Shown: one piece after another, positions 26,331 to 32,000 of the stretch
How positions within the stretch are numbered: position 1 is the stretch's first letter
How the letters are laid out: every line of letters starts with the position of its first letter
Assembly (NCBI RefSeq): GCF_000007225.1
Contig: NC_003364.1
Coordinates: forward strand, 1,710,001 to 1,742,000
Length of the DNA stretch: 32,000 bases
Direction of reading: 5' to 3'
Source of the DNA: Pyrobaculum aerophilum str. IM2
Lineage (GTDB): Archaea > Thermoproteota > Thermoprotei > Thermoproteales > Thermoproteaceae
Notes under the pieces: generated by a model
The model's database searches: none
The model's input: only the letters and a program-made list of their open reading frames with translations
What the model was told of the DNA's origin: nothing
Program-made: the position numbers and the translations under genes

Positions 26331-26779
26331 GGCCAGACTAGTCTAGCTCTTATTGAATAGCTGTACACAACGTTCTCACAGTATCCTAGATATTGATAAT
26401 CGCCGTAAACATCATACTGGGCAAGAAAGGGTCCGAAAAAGCCACTTCGAATCATAAACCAAGAACTACTAGTACTTATAGCAGTGAGAGTATATCTAAC
26501 TCCTACTGAGGCACATATCCAGTTCACCAACCTACCTGCGTAGTTATTTACATAGAACCACGCCTTTCGATCTGAAATATTATTACCGGTGCATCTATAT
26601 TTATCATACTCGGCGAGGTAGTCTATAGTACCATCCATCCAACGCACGTCATAATTAGGCCCTCCGCCCAGCGCCACCCCATAGTCCGCACATCCCGATA
26701 CCGTGGTGCTACCTGCATAGATTAGAACGCCTATTAGTGTTATCACCATTGCTATTAGCTTTACATTTGGGATTGGCAT
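26327..26779 (-). CDS. small membrane-anchored Cys/Tyr/Trp-rich protein, function unknown
   Basis: N-terminal TM helix (LIAMVITLIGVLIYAG). Four Cys in the ectodomain. Aromatic-rich. Confidence 0.5.
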   Translation of the reverse strand: MPIPNVKLIAMVITLIGVLIYAGSTTVSGCADYGVALGGGPNYDVRWMDGTIDYLAEYDKYRCTGNNISDRKAWFYVNNYAGRLVNWICASVGVRYTLTAISTSSSWFMIRSGFFGPFLAQYDVYGDYQYLGYCENVVYSYSIRARLVWP

Positions 26780-26870
26780 AAGTAATAGTTTTTTCCGTAT
26801 TATTTTTTTTCGTTTGATTTTCCGCGTATTTTATTTCGCTTTTTTGCAAAATCTATAATTTTATTCAGGG

Positions 26871-28211
26871 GTGTGGCAAACCTACTCTGTAAGGGGGTTT
26901 GCTATATTTATACTGTGTTTTTCTCCCATGGATAGAGCCCTCTTGTCCATTCTGCTGAGTTCTTTCATTACCCCGTTTTCTCAGAGCGCTATTGGTGTGG
27001 CCCTTCTTGTCTTGGCGAGGGATTTGGGAGTGCCGTCTACTGGAGCTATTACTTTCCTCGTCGTGCTGACGTTGACTATCGCGGCGTTTGTACTGCCGTT
27101 TGGCCGCCTTGCCGACGCCTTGGGCCATATGAGGGTATTTAAGGCGGGTTTGGGCGTTGTGGCTGCCGGCTTCGCCGCGGCGGCGCTTTCGCCTCACGCG
27201 TCCCTTTTGTACGCATCGCTTATAGTCGCAGGCGTGGGCCTCGCCGCGGTGTTTGGTAGCAACAACGCGCTTTTGTTTCAAATCGTGCCTCCTGAGAGGA
27301 GGGGAACCGCCGTGGGTTTAAACTCAACTTCTGTCTATATTGGCCTGGTGACCGGGCCTGTGGCAGGGGGCTATTTGGCCCAGGCGGGCTGGAGGTTTGT
27401 CCTCCTCCCCGCGGTCGTCATTGCAATAGTCTCCTATGTCTTAATTGGCAAGGCCCCAGTTTCCAGGCCGCGTTTTACCTCTTTTGACATTGCTGGCCCC
27501 GCGCTGTTTGCGGCGTCTATCATTACGGCTATAGTTGGAATTGACGTCGGGGCTTGGCATGTGGCAGTTTTAGGAGCCGCTGGGCTGGCCCTTACTTTTG
27601 TACTGGAGCTAAACAGGCAGGACCCCGTGGTGGAGGTGAGGCTGTTTTGCAACGTGGTCTTCACCGCCTCTGTCGTCGCGGCGTTTCTTAACTATTTATC
27701 CACCGCGGCTCTCCCGCCGTCTTTAAGCCTCCTCTTCCAAGAGGCCTATAATTTAACTGCACGCGAGGCGGGGGCCCTCCTATCGTTACAGGAGTTTGCC
27801 ATGGCGGCGTTTGCCCCAGTCGCAGGCAGGCTTAGCGACAGGGCTCCGCCCAGCATCGTGGCTACTGCCGGCGCCGCCCTACTGGCGGCGTCTTTATACG
27901 CCTTTTCCCAATCTCCCGCGACCTCTACAGCTCCACTACTGCTCTTTCTCACCGGCGTCGGCTTCGCCCTATTTATTGTCCCAAATACCACCTTAGTGCC
28001 GTCCTCTGTTCCCCCTTCTAGGCGCGGCATGGCCTCTGCGCTTGTGGCGGAGGCCAGGGTGCTGGGGCAATCGGCGAGCAACGCAATGGCTAGCTTTTAT
28101 TTAAAAAACGCCCCAAATATGTCCGTGGGGGTCTCCGCCCTGTTGGCGCTCCTCGCCTATCTATCGCTAATTACTGCGTTTTTATCCCTTGCCAGAGCCC
28201 TATCCCATTAG
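26871..28211 (+). CDS. MFS transporter
   Basis: About 12-14 hydrophobic spans, MFS loop motif GRLADALGHMRV (G-x-L-x-D-x-x-G-R/K-like) and a second-half repeat AGRLSDRAPP. The start is uncertain: GTG 26871 as tracked, or ATG 26928 (MDRALL...) downstream of the A/T boxes at 26851-26863 and 26902-26912. Confidence 0.8.
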   Translation: MWQTYSVRGFAIFILCFSPMDRALLSILLSSFITPFSQSAIGVALLVLARDLGVPSTGAITFLVVLTLTIAAFVLPFGRLADALGHMRVFKAGLGVVAAGFAAAALSPHASLLYASLIVAGVGLAAVFGSNNALLFQIVPPERRGTAVGLNSTSVYIGLVTGPVAGGYLAQAGWRFVLLPAVVIAIVSYVLIGKAPVSRPRFTSFDIAGPALFAASIITAIVGIDVGAWHVAVLGAAGLALTFVLELNRQDPVVEVRLFCNVVFTASVVAAFLNYLSTAALPPSLSLLFQEAYNLTAREAGALLSLQEFAMAAFAPVAGRLSDRAPPSIVATAGAALLAASLYAFSQSPATSTAPLLLFLTGVGFALFIVPNTTLVPSSVPPSRRGMASALVAEARVLGQSASNAMASFYLKNAPNMSVGVSALLALLAYLSLITAFLSLARALSH

Positions 28212-28733
28212 GCCCCAGTCGGGTACTTTGAAGTCCTTGCGCAGGGGGTACAGCGGCTTCCCAGTCTTTTCATCTATGCAACAGTCTGGGTCTAGCAGGA
28301 AGCGCTTGCCCATATTGGGATTGCCCTCAAACCATATGCCGAACATCTCGTGGCACTCCCTCTCCTCGTAGTCCGCCGAGGGGAATATGTCCGCTATAGA
28401 GGCAATCTTCGGGTTGTCCCTTGGTATCTCCGTCCTCACGTGTAGAAGCTGGGCCTTAAGCTCCGGGGTGAGGTACGAGGCAAATACGTACATAACGACG
28501 AACTTGCCCTCAGCCATATAGTCAATTGCGCTTAGGGAGAGGACGTGGTCAAAGCCCATGTTTTTAACAGCGTTGGCCACATCCCTCACCTTGTCCGGGG
28601 GCACCATTACGCAGAGGTGGCCCTCGGGCGTTACGCCATGTGTAAGCACCAGCGCCCCAAGGGCCTCTTTTACCTTTCCCAGCAACGGGTGGTCAGCCTG
28701 AGGCGGACATTTGGGGGGTATTTTTGCCGACAT
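28200..28733 (-). CDS. nuoC: NADH-quinone oxidoreductase subunit C (30-kDa subunit family)
   Basis: ERECHEMFGIWFEGNP matches the NuoC ERExxDMFGIxFxGHP signature, with the FRxDxD-like LRKDF near the C-terminus. Confidence 0.85.
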   Translation of the reverse strand: MSAKIPPKCPPQADHPLLGKVKEALGALVLTHGVTPEGHLCVMVPPDKVRDVANAVKNMGFDHVLSLSAIDYMAEGKFVVMYVFASYLTPELKAQLLHVRTEIPRDNPKIASIADIFPSADYEERECHEMFGIWFEGNPNMGKRFLLDPDCCIDEKTGKPLYPLRKDFKVPDWGLMG

Positions 28734-28735
28734 AT

Positions 28736-29308
28736 CTACGCGGCGGTTTGCTGCGCTGGCTGTTGCGCAGAGGCCGTGGGCCTTGCCGCAGGCTTAGGCG
28801 GCGGTGGGAGATACGGCGTGAGGTCTACCTTCGTCGGCTCAATGTACGGCCCAGGCTTGCCCTTGATTTTATTGTGGAGCATTATAAACGCCCTTATCAC
28901 AGCCTCAGGCGTTGGGGGACAGCCGGCAATGTATACATCGACGGGGACTATAGTGTCTACCTGCACCACGTGGTATGAGTTCCAGAACAAGCCGCCTCTG
29001 ACGGCGCAGGCGCCCATGGCTAATACGAATTTAGGCTCTGGCATCTGTTCATACACCTGCTTCAACACCTTCGCCATCTTGCGGGTAATAGTCCCCTCAA
29101 CAATTATCACATTGGTCTGGCGCATTGTATTGAAGGGCAAGACGCCCCAGCGCTCTGCGTCGAAGCCAGGCGCCGAGGTGTGGGCCACCTCCACGCCGCA
29201 ACACGATGTGACCAAGTGAACAGGCCAGAGACTCCACCTAACCCCCCACTTAAAGACTCGCTCCAGCTTCGCCTTTTTCATTAAAAAATCCCTTAATGCC
29301 TGCGACAT
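28736..29308 (-). CDS. nuoB: NADH-quinone oxidoreductase subunit B (20-kDa/PSST family) with Pro/Ala/Gln-rich C-terminal tail
   Basis: N2 cluster ligand contexts SCCGVE, GACA..GG and IAGCPP. About 45 aa low-complexity tail (PYLPPPPKPAARPTASAQQPAQQTAA). Confidence 0.9.
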   Translation of the reverse strand: MSQALRDFLMKKAKLERVFKWGVRWSLWPVHLVTSCCGVEVAHTSAPGFDAERWGVLPFNTMRQTNVIIVEGTITRKMAKVLKQVYEQMPEPKFVLAMGACAVRGGLFWNSYHVVQVDTIVPVDVYIAGCPPTPEAVIRAFIMLHNKIKGKPGPYIEPTKVDLTPYLPPPPKPAARPTASAQQPAQQTAA

Positions 29309-29326
29309 AGATATACGGGAATTATG

Positions 29327-29336
29327 TCTATAAATA
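29327..29336 (-). promoter_or_regulatory. TATA-like box for nuoBC
   Basis: atttataga (minus strand) is centred about 23-24 nt upstream of ATG 29308. Confidence 0.5.
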
Positions 29337-29404
29337 CGTTCCTACAGACAGTTGATGACTGGAAGGTTCGGCGCGGACTTGTGAAGATTAGCCCTACACG
29401 AGGA

Positions 29405-30358
29405 CTACCAAGTTACATATATAATCTTCTGCGAGGCCTCCCAGCCCAGTCTGTCTAACGTCCTCCACTCGTCGTCAGACAAAGACCAGCCAACGGCGCC
29501 CGCGTTCTCAACTACTTGTTCCGGGGTTTTGGCGCCTGGTATGGGGTAAATCCACGGATCTCTAATCAGCCAATTCAACGCCACTTGTGCCGGCGTTTTC
29601 CCATGCGCCTTAGCGATACGCGTAATCTCCTCCACCACTGGCCACACTAATTTTAAATTCTGCGGCGTGAAGAGGGGGTCGTTCCTCCGCACGTCTTCAA
29701 AAGTCGGCAAGTTGCTAGGGGTGTACTTGCCGGTTAACACCCCCTTGGCCAAGGGGCTCCACGCAATTAGAACAATGCCCTCTCTCCTCAAATAGGGCAG
29801 TAGCTCTTTGTCAGCCTCGCGCTCTATAATGTTATACCTATTCTGCGAAGTAACAATGTCAACACGAGATAGACAACTGCGGGCGCGTTCCAACAACGCC
29901 AGTGGGAAGTTGCTCACCCCTATGTACCTCACCAATCCGCGGTCCACCAGCTCTTCCAACGTCTTCATTGTCTCGCATATAGGCGTGTTGTGCCAACAAG
30001 CGGGCCAGTGGATTTGATATAAATCAATGGCGTCTACGCCGAGCCTCCTCCTCTGGTTTTCCACAGAAGTCAATATGTCAATCCGCCTAAGCCAATCGCC
30101 GTGAATTTTAGTAGCTATATAGACATGATCCCTTGCGCCTAACTCTCTAATAGCTCTGCCGAGAAACTCCTCGCTCCTGCCCCTGCCGTATACAGCAGCC
30201 GTGTCGAAAAAGTTAATGCCCACTTCCAACGCCTTAGACACCACTGCCTTAGCCTGTTCGTAAGTAATAGCCCCCCACGCGTCCCCAGAAAACTGCCAGG
30301 CGCCCAGTCCAATTCTAGAAACCCTCATGTCTGTCCTCCCCAACCTAATTCGTTCCAT
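29405..30358 (-). CDS. aldo/keto reductase
   Basis: AKR family hallmarks: LGAWQFSGD, FFDTAAVYG (catalytic Tyr), HWP, GVSNF. Confidence 0.9.
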   Translation of the reverse strand: MERIRLGRTDMRVSRIGLGAWQFSGDAWGAITYEQAKAVVSKALEVGINFFDTAAVYGRGRSEEFLGRAIRELGARDHVYIATKIHGDWLRRIDILTSVENQRRRLGVDAIDLYQIHWPACWHNTPICETMKTLEELVDRGLVRYIGVSNFPLALLERARSCLSRVDIVTSQNRYNIIEREADKELLPYLRREGIVLIAWSPLAKGVLTGKYTPSNLPTFEDVRRNDPLFTPQNLKLVWPVVEEITRIAKAHGKTPAQVALNWLIRDPWIYPIPGAKTPEQVVENAGAVGWSLSDDEWRTLDRLGWEASQKIIYVTW

Positions 30359-30378
30359 ACACGCCCCGTTGAAGCCCC

Positions 30379-30385
30379 TTTATAA
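30379..30385 (-). promoter_or_regulatory. TATA-like box for the aldo/keto reductase
   Basis: ttataaa (minus strand) is centred about 24 nt upstream of ATG 30358. Confidence 0.45.
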
Positions 30386-30416
30386 CAATTGCATGGAGGA
30401 GACAGAGACAAAAAGC

Positions 30417-30425
30417 ATAAAAATA
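30417..30425 (+). promoter_or_regulatory. TATA-like box for tRNA-Gly
   Basis: ataaaaata is centred about 23 nt upstream of the tRNA 5' end at 30444. Confidence 0.5.
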
Positions 30426-30443
30426 GAGAAATCCGCACTCTCA

Positions 30444-30534
30444 GCGGCGGTAGTCTAGCCTGGTTTAGGATGGCGGCCTTCCACGCGGTTGCGAAGAAAG
30501 CCGTTGATCCCGGGTTCAAATCCCGGCCGCCGCA
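30444..30534 (+). tRNA. tRNA-Gly (UCC) with a 15-nt intron at the canonical 37/38 position; CCA not encoded
   Basis: Acceptor GCGGCGG/CCGCCGC plus A. Anticodon stem GCGGC/GCCGT. Loop CTTCCA|intron|A. T-arm CCGGG-TTCAAAT-CCCGG. After removing 30484-30498 the cloverleaf is complete. Confidence 0.85.
30484..30498 (+). other. tRNA intron with bulge-helix-bulge splice motif
   Basis: C32-T33-T34-C35 pairs with intron GAAG (30493-30496) as the 4-bp central helix. The 3-nt bulges CA|c and aa|A carry the two splice sites. The distal intron forms gc-ggtt-gc. Confidence 0.8.
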
Positions 30535-30762
30535 TGTCCGCCCTTTCTAGAGCTATGGCGTATTAGATGTATCCATAGGGGCTCCGACCCGGCGCCACGC
30601 CCGCGCATGGGCCGGCGACCTTTTATCTTGCCCCGCCGCGAGACTGCATTGCGTTATGACTGCTGAATTCCTGCCCAGATCGCTAAACGCTTGGAGCGGG
30701 CGGCAATAGAAGGCGCTGTGGAGACTAGAGGGGAGGCCTAAGAGGGGCTGGAAACGACGATA

Positions 30763-30829
30763 GTCCGGAAAAGAGTCTTCCGGACAATTGAAGGAATACA
30801 GGATAATATAAAAATTTATTTTGTATTCC
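30763..30829 (-). terminator. T5 tract plus two hairpins immediately after the alcohol dehydrogenase stop
   Basis: On the minus strand the stop TAA is followed by ATTTTTATATT. The 8-bp stems GGAATACA/TGTATTCC (30793-30800 / 30822-30829) bracket the stop codon. A second perfect 8-bp hairpin is GTCCGGAA/TTCCGGAC (30763-30785). Confidence 0.4.
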
Positions 30830-31877
30830 AAATAATAATAGCTCTGTGATGTAAGCCAATTCTTAGATTTTTATATGCTTCGTTTATTTCATTTGGAGCA
30901 TATTTGTGAGAGATAAGGCGTTGCGGTTTTATTTTTCCACTTGCGGCTAGTGTTAATAGTTCTGGTATGTCCGTTCTGGGCTTATACCCTAGGCTTCCTA
31001 TTATCCTAATTCCGTTCATTACGATGTGATTTGCCGGGATTTCGATAGTTGATGTGCCTAATCCTGTGACAACTATTGTTCCCCCTCTCCTAACAATTTC
31101 CACGGCTAATTTGAGATCTGGGTTTGGCTTTGTTTCATATACGACGTCTGCGCCTTGTGGCAAGATATCTCTTATCTTGCTTAAAGGGTCTCCGTTAGTT
31201 GCATTTATTAAGTGAGTCGCCCCCAGCTCTGCGGCTTTTTCCAGGACGTGTTTTCTCACGTCAACTGCAATTATGGGGCGGGCGCCTAGGGCGCTCGCCA
31301 GCTCCACGGCCGCTAGACCCACGCCCCCAACGCCAATTACTACAAGAGAGGTACCCGGGCCAACTGCCGCTTCTTTTAGCGCTCTGTAGGCTGTCCCGTA
31401 GGCGCATGATATGACTGCTGCTGTGTGTACGTCAACTTCTTTTGGAATTGGAAAGACTGCTGTTTCTGGCACTGACATATATTCTGCATGGCCTCCGTTT
31501 AGCCCCACTAAGCCGGGCATTCTAGCGGCGGCGTAAGGACAGTAGTTCTCCTGGCCTCTCACACACCAATAACATTTGCCACATGGTATAATCCAAGATA
31601 TTACAACAGGATCGCCGGGCGATAGTCCGTGGGGGTTTTCACAACGAGGGCCGAAATCCACAACCCACCCAGATACTTCATGCCCTAGAATAAAGCCCTC
31701 TGGAGGGGGGACGATTTCCCCGTCTAGAATGTGGAGATCTGAGTGGCAGACCCCCGTGGCGGCGACTTTTATCAATATTTCCCCTTCTCCCGGAGTAGGG
31801 ATTTCTGTTTCGGCTAATTCTAGAGGCTGTCCTGGCGCTTTATAGAGGGCGGCTCTCATTTTAATGGGTATTTTCAT
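30816..31877 (-). CDS. zinc-dependent alcohol dehydrogenase (MDR family)
   Basis: Catalytic Zn motif GVCHSDLH...GHEVSG, structural Zn Cys cluster CGKCYWCVRGQENYC, Rossmann GVGGVG. Confidence 0.9.
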   Translation of the reverse strand: MKIPIKMRAALYKAPGQPLELAETEIPTPGEGEILIKVAATGVCHSDLHILDGEIVPPPEGFILGHEVSGWVVDFGPRCENPHGLSPGDPVVISWIIPCGKCYWCVRGQENYCPYAAARMPGLVGLNGGHAEYMSVPETAVFPIPKEVDVHTAAVISCAYGTAYRALKEAAVGPGTSLVVIGVGGVGLAAVELASALGARPIIAVDVRKHVLEKAAELGATHLINATNGDPLSKIRDILPQGADVVYETKPNPDLKLAVEIVRRGGTIVVTGLGTSTIEIPANHIVMNGIRIIGSLGYKPRTDIPELLTLAASGKIKPQRLISHKYAPNEINEAYKNLRIGLHHRAIIIWNTK

Positions 31878-32000
31878 TGTATCCCCACTTTCTGCGCCGC
31901 TTTTATCATGGCTAGCGATGCTGTGACATACTGTGCCAGTACTGAGAAGCTACCTTTTTTTACCTTAATTTTGCCTAGCACCATGGCTGGAATTGGCTGG
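31874..32000 (-). CDS. 3' end of an unidentified gene, 5'-truncated by the window edge
   Basis: My own translation of the minus strand gives an open frame from the window edge ending ...AMVLGKIKVKKGSFSVLAQYVTASLAMIKAAQKVGIQ*. Its TGA overlaps the ADH ATG (ATGA). This ORF is not in the supplied track (too short). Confidence 0.4.
   Translation of the reverse strand, partial: QPIPAMVLGKIKVKKGSFSVLAQYVTASLAMIKAAQKVGIQ

Noticed and set aside
26865-27281. 138-aa Arg/Lys-rich minus-strand ORF opposite the MFS gene
   Set aside because: It is antisense to the hydrophobic MFS coding frame (Ala/Leu/Gly codons read backwards give Arg/Lys/Gln-rich strings). It is not a plausible protein.
28545-29219. 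224-aa and 84-aa plus-strand ORFs opposite nuoC/nuoB
   Set aside because: They are antisense to genes with unambiguous NuoB/NuoC signatures. Composition is Gly/Arg/Cys-rich with no motifs.
24967-30534. Integrated mobile element bounded by the two tRNA genes
   Set aside because: There is no integrase, transposase or viral/plasmid-type gene between them. The only sequence shared by the two tRNAs is the generic T-arm (cccgggttcaaatcccgg), and no direct repeat of a tRNA 3' half was seen elsewhere in the window.
30756-30768. GACGAUAGUCCGG resembling the RNase P RNA CR-I/P4 motif (GAGGAAAGUCCGG)
   Set aside because: No matching CR-V (ACAGAA...GGCUUA) partner strand occurs downstream on the same strand. 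The sequence is part of a simple perfect hairpin (GTCCGGAA/TTCCGGAC) next to an A/T-rich terminator, and continuing 3' would run antisense into the ADH gene.
30553-30831. 92-aa minus-strand ORF downstream of the ADH gene
   Set aside because: It starts inside the ADH 3' end, runs through the two terminator hairpins, and has no promoter box or protein-like composition. The region is kept only as an unassigned non-coding block.
1-32000. CRISPR arrays, rRNA genes, IS elements
   Set aside because: I saw no regularly spaced direct repeats, no rRNA-like conserved blocks, and no transposase-like ORFs or terminal inverted repeats on reading the sequence.

Overview
This is a gene-dense chromosomal window. 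By inference it comes from a hyperthermophilic crenarchaeon of the Thermoproteales (Pyrobaculum/Thermoproteus-like). The support is aRF1, archaeal uS10, a NurA-HerA-Mre11-Rad50 cluster, very G+C-rich tRNA stems, a tRNA intron with a bulge-helix-bulge motif, and A/T boxes 22-27 nt upstream of almost every start codon (leaderless transcripts). Gene content in order:
- argH (5'-truncated), two small membrane/unknown genes, and an ABC importer (ATPase plus 2 permeases, no binding protein).
- A frameshifted ADP-forming acetyl-CoA synthetase alpha gene, a membrane-anchored DsbA-like CPYC oxidoreductase and a CBS protein.
- A RavA/MoxR-like AAA+ ATPase plus VWA partner, divergent from a translationally coupled nurA-herA-mre11-rad50 operon.
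- aRF1, ribosomal protein S10, surE, a Thr/Pro-stalk surface protein, a small wHTH regulator, taw3, a DapA/NAL-family aldolase and a tldD/pmbA pair.
- tRNA-Phe(GAA), two uncharacterised exported proteins, an MFS transporter and an isolated nuoB-nuoC pair.
- An aldo/keto reductase, an intron-containing tRNA-Gly(UCC), a Zn alcohol dehydrogenase and a 3' gene fragment at the window edge.
No CRISPR array, rRNA, transposase or integrase was seen. Most of the window is ordinary core genome, and I did not find a convincing wholly new multi-gene system. The observations I consider most worth follow-up:
- A SWIM-like zinc-finger tail on HerA.
- The A/T-richer RavA/ViaA-like pair sharing a control region with the DNA-end-resection operon.
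- The +1 frameshift in the ACD alpha gene.
- The orphan nuoBC operon with a Pro/Ala/Gln tail on NuoB.
- Three G+C-rich intergenic stretches (about 200-440 nt) that are unexplained by the flanking promoters.
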